From Scyliorhinus canicula (Eukaryota), in assembly GCF_902713615.1 (NCBI RefSeq), contig NC_052169.1, forward strand, positions 4,118,915 to 4,182,914: a DNA stretch of 64,000 nt, written 5' to 3'. The position numbers and the translations under genes are program-made. The notes under the pieces were generated by a model. That model was not told the origin of the DNA, did no database searches, and saw nothing but the letters and a program-made list of their open reading frames with translations. Below, piece by piece: positions 48,801 through 59,300 of this stretch (within the stretch, counting starts at the first letter, position 1; each line of letters opens with the position of its first letter).

Positions 48801-51800
48801 TGCGAAGCTGTGTATGGTACAAGCTTAAGACAAGCCTCCTCGTAGCTTGTGGCACCGTACATTACAGCTCCAAACCTATGCTACATCTGTGCCCCGTTTC
48901 CACTGCATGTATGTTACTGATTTACCTCCCTGGTGATGTTATGTAGTTAAAAATAATTTTTTAATTAGTGTACAAGATGTGGGCGTCGCTGGTTAGGCCA
49001 GCATTTATTGCTTACCCCCTAGTTGCCCTTCAGAAGGTGGTGGTGAGCTGCCTTCTTGAACCGCTTGCAGTTGTTAGGTAGGGAATTCCAGAATTTTGTG
49101 ACAGTGAAGGGAACAGTGATACATTTACAGTACTGCAAATGTTGTGAATCATGTATTTTCAGGGAAGTTGACCGATGCCTTTTCATCTCTGGCCAGAAAA
49201 AGCCATTTCAGAGCTTTGAGTAAACGGCTGAATCTGGTAAGCACTGAAAGAAATAGTACAATAACTTCGGACAACATTTCCCGGCCTTCGGACAACATTT
49301 CCCGGCCCCGGGTTACTGTCCGTGAGGAGTTTGCACATTCTCCCCGTGACTGCGTGGGTCTCGCCCCCACAACCCAAAGATTTGCAGGGTAGGTGGATTG
49401 ACCACGCTAAATTGCCCCTTAATTGTAAAAAATTATTGGGTACTCTGAATTTAAAAAAATAACTTGGGACAACATTTATAATGAAGAGCCTAAGCTCCCC
49501 TGATGTTTCACTGGATAGGGTTCAATTCCCGTACTGGCCTCCCCGAACAGGCGCCGGAATGTGGCCACTAGGGGCTTTTCACAGTAACTTCATTGAAGCC
49601 TACTTGTGACAATAAGCGATTATTATATTATTATTAACTGTGTCCATTATGGAACAAGATCAGAGAATGCTTGACAAACCCAGCGGGTCCTGCAATACCT
49701 GTCTGGATTTCCTGCTGGGTTTTTCAAACTTTGTCTGTTCTTGTTTCAGATTTCAGCATCCGCAATATTTTACTTACCCAGATTCAATGGGCCGAATGGC
49801 CTCTATCTGAGCTGTAATCGTCCATGATTAGTTCTGCTACTGAAGGTGGACAGAGGGAATGTTTATTTTCCTCTGTTAGTCTGTTTGTATGATGTGGAGA
49901 TGCCGGCGTTGGACTGGGGTGAGCACAGTAAGAAGTCTTACAACACCAGGTTAAAGTCCAACAGGTTTGTTTCAAACACGAGCTTTCGGAGCACGGCTGA
50001 TTCACCTGAAGAAGGAGCCGTGCTCCGAAAGCTCGTGTTTGAAACAAACCTGTTGGACTTTAACCTGGTGTTGTAAGACTTCTTAGTCTGTTTGTAAGCA
50101 GTACATCTCAAAAATCTAATGCATGGATTTCAACCAAGCTTGGTACACAAGGTATGGCCCAAGGAAGAACTGATTGCTTTTTGGCGAAGGTGCAGATCCA
50201 GATCTGGGATTTTTTTCAAAAGATCCATTGGGAGACAAAGCAAATTGATTTTTTTTTTTCAGAATGTGAATGCAGTGGGTTGTTTGATTTGCAATATTGT
50301 GAATTGTCTGTGTTGCTGTGGTGGAATCTGTCGCGCTGTCAAAATGTGAGCAGAGTTTTCAGAGCAGGTTGATGGCCGGGAATTGACCTAAAGCCTCCTC
50401 AGTGAGATGGAAGGTCTAAATAAAAATATTTATTTTTTCAGCTTGGTAGATACAGAGCATCAACCAGGCAGGGAAATAGCTTTGAGTAGGTGTTGCACAA
50501 TTGGAATAACATTGAGTTAACAGAATGTGGCTGAGGTATGCTTTCCACTGTGTCCCTTCTTCACCCGTCTTGTTTCCTGCACCATAGCACTCAGCATCTT
50601 CTGTCCCTTTCCAGATTCCCCGCACTGAGGAAGAGTATGATCTGAAGGTGCCACGGGACATGGCCTATGTATTCAGCGGTGCATATGTTCCACTGAGCTG
50701 CAAGATTATAGAACAGGTGGGTTCTGTGCAGTCTTAACACAATCCATCGATCTACAGAGCAAGGTGAATAAATCCATTTTGTGTTTATAGGCATGGAAGG
50801 TCAAACAGAACTGTTGCCCTATTTAATTAAACTCGCAAGAAGCTGCATGTTTTGAAATATTTAACTTTATTTCTTTTTTTTTATATAAATGTTTTTTATT
50901 CAGTTTTCATGTTTTATATTGAACAAATTACAAATTGTTAGAGAGAGAAAAAAAAAACACAATTAACATATATATTTACAGGTGAGAATCTTCGTAGTAA
51001 TAACTGTGGCCTCCCCTTTTCTTTATTTCTTTGATTGTCGCGGAATAAATTGGTTTAGTTTGTAGGGCATAAATATATTCCCCGGATTTTGACTAATCGT
51101 AATAGCAAGCATGCGTTGTCAGGAAAACCTTTCTTTGGTGAGATCACACTGCCAGTGAACAGCACTAGATGCCAATCGAACTTGGTACACCGTGCTAATG
51201 TGTCTGATCACAGCGCGCTGTACTAACCCTCCTGATCACCGACGGTGCACAGCAATAACACTCGTGACCCATGGGGGTTTTCTTTGTTGTGATGCAAGAG
51301 CTACACCAAACGAAAGGGAAAATGCTGGAAAATGTCAGCAAGTCTGGCAGCATCTGTAGGGAGATAAAAGAGCTAACGTTTCGAGTCTGCTGACTCTTTG
51401 TCAAAGCCCTTTGTCAGGAGCTATATCAATGCAGGTTGTTCCTCTCTCGCTGCCCCACGTTCAGTGTGACGTCTCTTTGTGATCCGTCAGGTGCTGGAGC
51501 GTGATGGCTGGGCAGGAATGGAAGAGGTGTCGCGGTTACTAAACAATAACGAATTTATCACCGTGGGTAAGTTTCTGAATTGCTCGGGTCCGTAATCTAA
51601 TTGTGTGGGGGTGTTCCCTCCAGAGTGCCTGAAGCCATTGTGTTTGCTTCTGTTTCCCTCGTATTGGTCTCGTCTGCTTTCTGAAGGTGCCACGGGCTGA
51701 TGCTGCAGCACAAATTCATGGGTATCGAAAGCCCTTCGGCTCCTTCATAATCCCCCGTGTATGAGCGCAGCCACGGAGTGGTTGTGACTGGATGAGGGCT

Positions 51801-54312
51801 GGATTCCATTCCCGTGACAAGAGCACAACGTGTTACGATTATCTGTTGAGATATGTGCATAAAGAATCCGTCACTGGTGCAAAATACTCGCAAGTGGCAG
51901 CTCTTGGGGAACTGTTCGACGTCGGAGATGGACGGGGCACTTCAATGTCTTCTGACCTAACCCCAGGAGGCTGCTGCTCTGTGTCTGAAGTGCTGTCCGT
52001 GTGTTTTTTTTAATTCTAGAAAGGTCCACAGATGCGGGACAATGTAGCAGTGCGCAGAGAGTGATTCTGGTGGTGTTTCTCGGAGGCTGCACATTCTCGG
52101 AAATTGCAGCACTGAGGTTCCTGGGCAAAGAGAAAGGTAACGACGGTCATCTGGTGTCAATAATTCCACCAGCCCCTCCGCTTTTTCCATCGACGTTATC
52201 CCATGACTGTTCCTGTGAGGCTGTGTTTTAAATGTGTCTTACCAAAGCAAAATACTGCAGACACTGGAAATCTGAAATATAAACAGGAAATGCTGAGCAG
52301 GTTGGGCAGCATCTGGAGAGAAACTAAATTCTGATGGCGGATCATTGAGACATTTATATCCGCACAGATGTTGCCCAACCTGAGGAGTATTCCCAGCACT
52401 TTTTGTTGTTAAAAGTGTATTTAAGGGTGGGCCGGCAGCGCAGTGGTTAGCACTGCTGCCTCACATCGCCGAGTACCCGGGCAGCCCAGCGGTGCAGTGG
52501 TTAGCACTGCTGCCTCACATCGTAGAGTACCCGGGCAGCCCAGCGGTGCAGTGGTTAGCACTGCTGCCTCGCGTCGCCGACTACCCGGGCAGCACGGTGG
52601 TGCAGTGGTTAGCACTGCTGCCTCGCGTCGCCGACTACCCGGGCAGCCCAGCGGTGCAGTGGTTAGCACTGCTGCCTCACATCGTAGAGTACCCGGGCAG
52701 CCCAGCGGTGCAGTGGTTAGCACTGCTGCCTCACATCGTAGAGTACCCGGGCAGCCCAGCGGTGCAGTGGTTAGCACTGCTGCCTCGCGTCGCCGACTAC
52801 CCGGGCAGCCCAGCGGCGCAGTGGTTAGCACTGCTGCCTCGCGTCGCCGACTACCCGGGCAGCACGGTGGTGCAGTGGTTAGCACTGCTGCCTCGCGTCG
52901 CCGAGTACCCGGGCAGCACGGTGGTGCAGTGGTTAGCACTGCTGCCTCAAGGCGCCGAGGACCCGGGCGGCCTGGCGGTGCAGTGGTTAGCACTGCTGCC
53001 TCAAGCCGCCGAGTACCCGGGCGGTACGGTGGCGCAGTGGTTAGCACTGCTGCCTCACGGCGCTGAGGTCCCAGGTTCACTCCCGGCTCTGGGTCACTGT
53101 CCATGTGGAGTTTGCACATTCTCTGCGTGGGTCTCACCCCCACAACCCAAAAAGATGTGCAGGGTAGCTGGATTGGACGCGATAAATTGCCCCTTAATTG
53201 TAATGAAGGCAGGTTGCGGCTCTGTAATGGGGAAATGGAAACTGTAGATTTAAAAGAAAAAGATTTCAAACCTCGATACACGACCAATGGCTGAGCTGTC
53301 CTGGTGGCTTATTTGGGAGTGTGTCGCTGCTATAAGGAGCAGGAGGCCCCAAATTCACTGGCCTGATCTCAGTTAATTGATTTCAGCAGTCAGGGTGATG
53401 CAGTAGCTGGTTCCACTGGGAGGAAGTGCAGCTTTCCAGGGGATAGATTTTAGATGATTTGTGAAAGAACGAGAGGCAGCATGGGCAAACTTTGTTTTAA
53501 TGCATTGAGTTCCTGTATCTGAAATGTCAGTGGAAACTGATTCAATAATATTGAAAAGTGAATTGGATAAATATTTGAAGGGGAAGAAGATGGAGGGTAG
53601 TGGGAAAGAGCAGGGGGGGGGGGGGGTGAATGAATAGCTCCACCAAATAGTGACACCAGTACAGTGCGCAAAGTGTGTTGCTCTGTATTATTCTGTGATT
53701 ACTACTCCTGGACAAGAGAAGTGTGTGTGTGCGTGTGTATCAGCTGTGGATATCTAGTATATCAGCTTTGGATATATGAACGATCATGTAGAATAGTGTG
53801 TAATTACAGCATCCAGCCACCAGATGGAGTAAGAGTACATCCCACAACCCACACGGTGGCCCACGTGATCTTGGGGAGTGAGTTAGGAGAAAGGGTTTGG
53901 AGACGGTCGTGGTTTTCAGTGTGTGTTGTATTTATTTGATCTAATACTTAGCTTTTTCGGCATACTTAATTCCCAATTTATAGCGTGGTGTAGATAAATT
54001 GACTTTGATTTAGTAGAAAGCCTGCATGTTCTTTGTAGCTACGCTACAACTTTAATAATATTAATTTGAACAAAACAAAGAACATTTTAGACCCACGTGG
54101 CTGGGACTTCACTCAAACGTGACTCAAAGGCTTCAGAATAAGAGGGAGGGAACCAGAACGGCATCTCGCGTGCTTGCTTGTCAAGAAGGCGATTACGTTT
54201 GACGACAACCAAATCTGTTGATTCTATCTTTCCCACAGGATACAAGTTTGTTTTTGTGACCACGGCCATCACAAACAGTTTCCGCATGCTGGAATCTCTG
54301 CTAGAGTCATGA
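20297..54312 (+). CDS. VPS33B: Vacuolar protein sorting 33B (Sec1/Munc18 family), 23 coding exons; apparent 1-bp indels in exons 7, 8 and 11
   Basis: All 23 exons recovered with GT-AG borders and translations matching vertebrate VPS33B, from [25 protein letters not shown] to [38 protein letters not shown]. Confidence 0.96.
20430..20892 (+). repeat. 24-bp G-rich minisatellite at the start of VPS33B intron 1
   Basis: ggggacagagacccggggggagga x ~19. Confidence 0.95.
21243..21323 (+). CDS. VPS33B: VPS33B exon 2
   Basis: [27 protein letters not shown]. Confidence 0.95.
22987..23048 (+). CDS. VPS33B: VPS33B exon 3
   Basis: [20 protein letters not shown]. Confidence 0.9.
23275..23324 (+). CDS. 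VPS33B: VPS33B exon 4
   Basis: [16 protein letters not shown]. Confidence 0.92.
24628..24695 (+). CDS. VPS33B: VPS33B exon 5
   Basis: [22 protein letters not shown]. Confidence 0.93.
25904..25949 (+). CDS. VPS33B: VPS33B exon 6
   Basis: [15 protein letters not shown]. Confidence 0.92.
26940..27035 (+). CDS. VPS33B: VPS33B exon 7 (one extra base near 26957-26963)
   Basis: DVSFDEW then frame shift to [24 protein letters not shown]. Confidence 0.9.
27557..28851. mobile_element. LTR-like element (TG...CA) interrupting a tRNA-derived SINE; related copy in opposite orientation at about 36510-36942
   Basis: Starts tgtcgcaac and ends tcttaca; host SINE 27415-27556 resumes at about 28856; left end is the approximate reverse complement of 36880-36942. 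Confidence 0.55.
28161..28645 (-). mobile_element. L1-type 3' fragment nested in an LTR-like element
   Basis: A/T-rich tail at the left end; near-identical ~21-bp flanks ccaacc(c/a)accggttg(g/c)cagtt at 28140-28160 and about 28644-28664. Confidence 0.65.
29154..29257 (+). CDS. VPS33B: VPS33B exon 8 (one base missing near 29228-29234)
   Basis: [26 protein letters not shown] then frame shift to YGIGRCAK. Confidence 0.9.
29519..29746 (+). repeat. 19-bp GC-rich minisatellite
   Basis: gcgccccctgtcccagcgt x ~12. Confidence 0.95.
29935..30502 (-). repeat. Same 69-bp tandem repeat family, opposite strand (about 8 units)
   Basis: Reverse complement of the 9438-9964 unit. Confidence 0.95.
30670..30766 (+). 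CDS. VPS33B: VPS33B exon 9
   Basis: [32 protein letters not shown]. Confidence 0.92.
31380..31457 (+). CDS. VPS33B: VPS33B exon 10
   Basis: [26 protein letters not shown]. Confidence 0.95.
32493..32564 (+). CDS. VPS33B: VPS33B exon 11 (two single-base deletions)
   Basis: [11 protein letters not shown] / [12 protein letters not shown] in shifted frames; 72 nt where the flanking phases require 74. Confidence 0.88.
32711..35615 (-). mobile_element. L1/Tx1-clade LINE, 5' portion (5'UTR, ORF1, APE endonuclease of ORF2), 3'-truncated, in VPS33B intron 11
   Basis: ORF1 34340..35245 with coiled coil and [21 protein letters not shown]2 fragments [54 protein letters not shown] are AP-endonuclease motifs. 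Confidence 0.92.
34340..35245 (-). CDS. L1-type ORF1 nucleic-acid chaperone (open reading frame)
   Basis: 301-aa ORF with L1 ORF1p signature [13 protein letters not shown]...[11 protein letters not shown]...IYQDLS...LLFPARL. Confidence 0.85.
   Translation of the reverse strand: MLRGWLRHMEQRDSRRQKKKEKKGQRQGPEENYLGPKMADTGTPDSAIQQALDNMLQVMKSSFEALKRDSLDPIQKAVDQLNQRLDAQDVKVKELGEAVEEQADTQTVATLEVDGLKERQRRLLDRVEELENRVRRNNLRMVGLPEGAEGADAAAFVADLLKQLMGTEDFPRPLELEGAHRVQARQGRPGGPPRPMVIRFHRFVDKERVLQWAKSARSSMWNNSVLRIYQDLSQEVARRRAAFKNVKEVLFKKHVKFGLLFPARLWATHQGQHRYFSEPEEAMDFVRDLGLVPKGGPKDAS
36199..36285 (+). CDS. VPS33B: VPS33B exon 12
   Basis: [29 protein letters not shown]. Confidence 0.95.
38800..38890 (+). 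CDS. VPS33B: VPS33B exon 13
   Basis: [30 protein letters not shown]. Confidence 0.95.
40549..40623 (+). CDS. VPS33B: VPS33B exon 14
   Basis: [25 protein letters not shown]. Confidence 0.95.
41615..41679 (+). CDS. VPS33B: VPS33B exon 15
   Basis: [22 protein letters not shown]. Confidence 0.95.
42318..42613. mobile_element. Penelope-like inverted-repeat insertion (119-bp arms)
   Basis: Arms 42318-42436 and 42458-42576; TSD taatatcataga at 42306-42317 and 42614-42625. Confidence 0.75.
42491..42530 (+). ncRNA. Minimal hammerhead motif with U3-A8 core variant (stem III CpG-decayed)
   Basis: TAGCT-TTGACAA-A-GAGTC(ATCG)GACTC-GAA-ATGT-T^AGCTA. Confidence 0.5.
43041..43095 (+). CDS. VPS33B: VPS33B exon 16
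   Basis: [18 protein letters not shown]. Confidence 0.94.
43310..44197 (+). mobile_element. CR1-clade LINE (HER1-like) 3' fragment
   Basis: [56 protein letters not shown]; (ttcta)n tail. Confidence 0.9.
45473..45519 (+). CDS. VPS33B: VPS33B exon 17
   Basis: [16 protein letters not shown]. Confidence 0.94.
46356..46657 (-). mobile_element. V-SINE with a third, (tta)n-ended tail; also 12752-13056, 18040-18350, 62490-62650
   Basis: V-domain joined to ...aggcgccggagtgtg..gactaggggcttttcacagtaacttcattgcagtg...gtgacaataaagattattatt. Confidence 0.8.
47514..47646 (+). CDS. VPS33B: VPS33B exon 18
   Basis: [44 protein letters not shown]. Confidence 0.95.
49163..49236 (+). CDS. VPS33B: VPS33B exon 19
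   Basis: [25 protein letters not shown]. Confidence 0.95.
49890..50085. mobile_element. Second Penelope-like family, inverted-repeat insertion (70-bp arms)
   Basis: Arms 49929-49998 and 50016-50085; TSD ttagtctgtttgta at 49876-49889 and 50083-50096; same family at 9975-10101. Confidence 0.72.
50003..50037 (+). ncRNA. Minimal type I hammerhead ribozyme motif in VPS33B intron 19
   Basis: CAC-CTGAAGA-A-GGAGC(CGT)GCTCC-GAA-AGCT-C^GTG. Confidence 0.72.
50615..50716 (+). CDS. VPS33B: VPS33B exon 20
   Basis: [34 protein letters not shown]. Confidence 0.95.
51370..51409 (-). ncRNA. Minimal hammerhead motif with U3-A8 core variant
   Basis: Minus strand GGGCT-TTGACAA-A-GAGTC(AGCA)GACTC-GAA-ACGT-T^AGCTC. 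Confidence 0.58.
51491..51566 (+). CDS. VPS33B: VPS33B exon 21
   Basis: [25 protein letters not shown]. Confidence 0.92.
52020..52136 (+). CDS. VPS33B: VPS33B exon 22
   Basis: [39 protein letters not shown]. Confidence 0.94.
52430..53040 (+). repeat. 54-bp tandem repeat derived from the V-SINE tRNA head
   Basis: gggcagcccagcggtgcagtggttagcactgctgcctc...tacccg x ~11, running into a complete V-SINE. Confidence 0.93.
54239..54312 (+). CDS. VPS33B: VPS33B exon 23 (terminal coding part)
   Basis: cccacag|GA TAC; [24 protein letters not shown]. Confidence 0.94.
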
Positions 54313-54435
54313 AAGGGCACCAGCTTCCTCCGTAAGAGCGCTACAAGAGAGCTGAAACAAAATTAAATCCAGCCGAGAGACTAGCCTCCACCTCGCCGTA
54401 ACCTCACTGACTGGAGTCTGATAACAAAAATAGGG

Positions 54436-54437
<2 letters not shown>

Positions 54438-54496
<59 letters not shown>
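54438..54496 (+). repeat. Poly-G tract (about 59 nt) in the VPS33B 3'UTR region
   Basis: Uninterrupted G run about 125 nt after the stop codon. Confidence 0.9.
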
Positions 54497-54497
<1 letters not shown>

Positions 54498-55749
54498 CTC
54501 TGATACCTGAAGAAACTGTGGCACTTTTTGAGATTTAACTTCATCTGCGGCCAATATTATTTGAGGTACCAATCCTGTAAAATGGCTGTGCAAATGTGAG
54601 CTGGATCTGTTGAAATCCTTCTCTTGATTGCTCGGCAGAGGAATTTGCCTGGATATATTATTCGGGGAGGTCAGAATGTATTCTCGCTAATGAGGCATTA
54701 GCAAAGACCAGAACTGGATTCACATCGCGTTGGGACAGTTTTTGCGGGTGGGAAAGGATAACATTGTTCTCCTGCAGTGCCTGTCCCATCCCCGGAGCAA
54801 AGCACAGCCAATGAGCAAATTCACAGTGTAGTCACCATTGCCTCTTAGACAGGTGTGCCAGTTAGCTTGTGCACAGCAAGCTCCCACAGATAGCAATGAG
54901 ATAATGACAGGGATAATTGGAAATTCCACATCACTCCACCAATGACCAGCCCCACGGGCATGCAGGAATGTAAACAACGTTCGCGACTTTATCAATGACA
55001 CCTCGCCAATTTCTGAATGGAGTGGATTTAGAGAACCGGACTTATGTTTGTGGAGGATCAAGTATTGAAATAGGAGTGAATGTCTACAGAGATGAAAGGG
55101 AGAACCAGGAATACTGGGAATCTAGGTTCACAGAAGTTCTACGCCTGAAAGAGGAAGTAAAATAGGTTAATATTCTGCATTGGGTTGCTTGCTTTTCTGA
55201 TGGAGAATCTCAAATGAAACATTTGGCCTTGTGGTATGGAATATGGTGCCGATTAAAGATTGAAGATGATTTACAATGTCATTATTGTGAGAAAATGTTA
55301 CAATTTCTGCACAGGAGCTGCACTGTGAATGTGGTGCGCCCATCTTAATGTAATTTAGTTTTACTTTATACCAAAGCTGCATAATCTGTAAGGTTTAGAA
55401 GTCTTTTGCCCTGAAAACACCTGAAATCGCTGTAAATATTTGTGATAGTGCATTATGATGGAGTGCATTTATTTAACAAATCCCATGGATTAAACTATTC
55501 ACTGAAAGCATCTTTTACATCCCCAATTCTTCCTTATCTTCCCCTGCAGTCACTAACTCCTGTCTCTTGCTTCTCGTACTTAAACCAATTGAAAAAATAA
55601 GAATAATATTTATGATTGTCACAAGTGGCTTATATTAACACTGCAATGAAGTTATTGTGAAAAGCCCTTAGTCGCCACACTCCGGCGTCTGTTCGGGTAC
55701 ACACAGGAAGAATTCAGATTGTCCAAATTACCTAACAAGCACGTCTTTC

Positions 55750-56382
55750 AAGACATAAGAACTAGGAGCAGAAGTAGACCGTCCGGCCCTTCGAGCCTGC
55801 TCCGCCATTCTATAAGATCATGGCTGATCTATTTGTGGTCTCAGAACCACTTACCCGCATTCTCGCCATATCCTGTAATTCCTTTATTTTTCAAAAAAAC
55901 ATCTACCCTATCTTTAAATATATTAAATGAAGTAGCGTCTGCTACTCCTTTCGGTAGGGAATTCCATACTTTAACCACCCTCTGAGTGAAGAAGTTCCTC
56001 CTTGATTCAGTCCTAAATCTGCTCCCCCTAATCTTGAGGCTATGCCCTCTTGTCCTACTTTCACCTACCAGTGGAAACATCCTTTCTACTTCTATCTTAT
56101 CCATTCCCTTCAAAATTGTATATGTTTCTATTAGATCCCCCCTCAACCTTCTGAATTACAGTGAATATAATCCCAATCTACTCAGCCTCTCCTCATACGA
56201 TAACCCCATCAACTCCGGAATCAGCCTAGTGAACCTCCTCTGCACCCCCTCTTGTGCTAGCACATCCTTTCTCAAGTGTGGAGACCAAAACTGCACACAC
56301 TACTCCAGGTGTGGCCTCACCAGCACCTTGTACAACTGCAACATTACCTCTCTACTTTTAAACTCAATCCCCTTCACAATGA
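55750..56382 (-). mobile_element. CR1 LINE 3' fragment inserted into a V-SINE
   Basis: MRGDLIETYTILKG...RRNFFTQRVVKVWNSLP; flanked by the two halves of a V-SINE (55600-55749 and 56386-56531). Confidence 0.88.
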
Positions 56383-59300
56383 AGCTTGTGGGAAGAAACC
56401 GGAGCACCCAGAGGAAACCCACACAGACACAGGAACGTACAGACTCCACACAGACAGTGACCCAAGCTGGGAATCAAACCTGGGACCCTGGTGCTGTGAA
56501 GCAACAGTGCTAACCACTGTGCTACCGTGTTGAGCATGGTGACGAAAAGATTGAGGTAGGGGGTTAATACAAGAGGTTTACAGCAAAGCCTAATTAATAC
56601 AGTCTTACTTATCCTCTTCATTCCTTGAGGTACATGAGGCTGCTTTTTGCCGTTTCTGTAACTTGATATTTTTACAGGGTGGGATCGTTGGCCCTCGGCC
56701 TAACTGCCAAACTGGAGGACCAGTTGTTGTTTTTTGTCAGACGTGTTTCGCTGAGACCCGTTCAGCTCGGTTAGACTGCGCAGGAGCCAGAGCTGACATA
56801 GATCTCAGGATCGCTCAGGCACTGGAGCCTCCCCACCACGTCACGGTGACAGCAAGGGGAGGAATGAATACATTCTGCACCGACATATTTTACAGCAGGA
56901 TCAATCCGGACACATTTCAGGAGCTAGAACCTTTGCGGGGACCTGTGCCTAATTGTAACCCCCCTCAACTATTATTCTGACTGTAGTCAAATCACATAAA
57001 TACATGAAATCTTATTCTTCCTGATATTAACGTCCAGTGTGCTAAATTTCTTGCTTGTACCAACTATAAAGGGATATCTTGGAATTAAAAAATATATAGT
57101 ATCATAAATTACAACATGGCAGTAAAGGCAACTTGCTCCATCCCGCCAGTACTCTTCAACTGAAGAACTCTTTCTAATTCCATTTCCCAGCTCCCATCCT
57201 TGTATATTGTTTTGCATTCCTTTCCCAATTCCGTCCAATTTACTTAAATCTGGTAAACTGTTAGCTACTTCGGTTAATGCCAAAAATGTTGACCTTTTTG
57301 AATCGGACTATTGCAGCTTACATTAAGATGTGATTTAAGTACTGCCAATATTTATTATTGGTGATACTTGAAAGTTTGTTTCCAAAGCTGTGAAATTTCA
57401 CCTGTATAGAAATACTGTTAGCCTTGGAAACTGAGATTGTGTCACTGAACTGCTTATCTGTGTGTTTATGTACATAATGTGTAATAAATCTATTTAAAAA
57501 TACATGTTTCTGCATACTGGATTGAGGTTGACATCTGACATTTGGGGCTTTTCATTTCTTCCAGTGTGTGTGTGTGCGCAAGCAGGCTGTTCAATTGTAT
57601 GGATATTATGCCTGGTTTTATTATGGCCCACTGAAAAGATGGCACCTCGGGCAGATGAGTCCCCCCCCTTCCCCCCCCCCCCCCCAGTACTGCACTAATG
57701 TGTCAGCCTGGAATCTGTGCTTAAGGCTCCAGAGTGAAGCTTGGGCCCACAACCTTCTGACACAGTGGAGCGTGTTACCACTGACCTGGTGCAGCTTAAA
57801 TATTGACCCTCCAGACTGCTCCTACTGGACATGGCTGCCCTCCATTATCTTAGCAAAGACCTAATTCTTCATACGCGAGCCAAGACCATCACCGTTGGGA
57901 GGTTATTTTTACCACGTTTGCCCTCACATCGCTAATAATCACAAACAGCATCAATTTTGTATGCAGAGAAGTTTCATGATGCAGCTTCAAAAGACATTTA
58001 AGGACATCCATAGACTCCCGACAGTGCAAAAGGAGGCCATTCATCCCTTTGAATCTGCATCAACCCTCCTGAAAGAGCCCCACCCTGTAACCCAATAACC
58101 TCACCTAACCTTTTGGACACTAAGGGCAATTTAGCATAGCCAATCCACCTAACCTGCACATCTTTGGACTGTGGGTGGAAACCGGAGCACCCAGAGGAAA
58201 CCCATGCAGATACGGGGAGAACGTGCAGACTCCGCACAGTCACCCAAGACTGGAATTGAACCCGGGCCCCTGGAGCTGTGAGGCAGCAGTGCTAACCACT
58301 GTGCCGCAAACAAATCATTGTTTCAGAAAAGTAAACTGATGAATGGTAAACGTTTCCTGTTGGTCTCTGGTCCGGTCATAACGTGACCCCTCCCTGAGAC
58401 ACCAGAAAAAGAATTAAACTGAAGGAACTCCCACAAACAGTAGTGTTGTGTATTCATATTTGTTCCTATTTGGAACAAGGTCAATTTAAGAGTCCCATCG
58501 TGTGACTTATTGATGACGCCATCGGCTGCGCGGGCAAACGATCTTGACAGAGTGTTGAGTAAACATCTTTCCAATAAAGCTCTTGTCTGTTGTACCTTCA
58601 TGGTCTGCAAGCCCATCCTTTAATCATAGCACAAATTGTAATTAATCTCGTGTTAACCTCAGAATGTGCCACATGGAGCGTTTAACTGGTAGAATTAAAG
58701 GAACAAGTCCAATATTTTAAGTGCTGATTTGCAACGTTGCCCTTTTTCTATTGATTTCAGCAATTTGCAAAATGGTCGTATTTGAATGATGTAATATAAT
58801 TTCACAAGTTCTGATTCACATTTCTAAGAATTATTTTTTATGCATGTAAACAACATAAGGAACAGGAATGGGAGTAGGCAATACAACACCTATTACACAT
58901 GTATAATGTAACCAAATTCTCTCCGTTGCAACCTTGTCTAGTTCATTGATACTATTGCGGTCATTGCTCTGAAATTTCCTGTTGTGTTCCTCCAACACCA
59001 ACTAGATTGTTCTACACAATATTCCTCCCCTCTACAATCTCAATGTGTTGAAATTAAGGCTTCTATCATGCGGTTGTCGCTTAATTTGTCCTATTTCAGC
59101 ACCTAATTTCCCACAGTTTTCCCATTCACTTCCAATCTAAAGGGAGTTTAATTCCAAGTTTGTTACCATGACTTTTAAACATGGCCATCTTGCCTCTTCC
59201 CTTCTACTGTTCAATAGGGTTCTTAATCAAGTAACAATTGAGGACGGAAAACTTGGAAGGAGGATTTTTTTTTTAAATTATGGAAATATTGGAGCATGAT

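Noticed and set aside
51680-51697. 17-bp match to VPS33B exon 20 (tctgaaggtgccacggg) as a duplicated exon
   Set aside because: Too short, followed by a stop and lacking exon structure; likely chance
52421-53287. CRISPR-like or tRNA-array-like repeat and its 207-288-aa ORFs
   Set aside because: No unique spacers or cas genes; units are truncated SINE heads without a B box or full cloverleaf
53740-54150. Possible solo LTR (also about 58375-58635)
   Set aside because: Composition is LTR-like, but I could not define termini or TSDs confidently
20297-54312. VPS33B as a pseudogene
   Set aside because: Indels are confined to one ~6-kb segment and mostly at short homopolymers; the other exons and all splice sites are conserved with no nonsense substitutions
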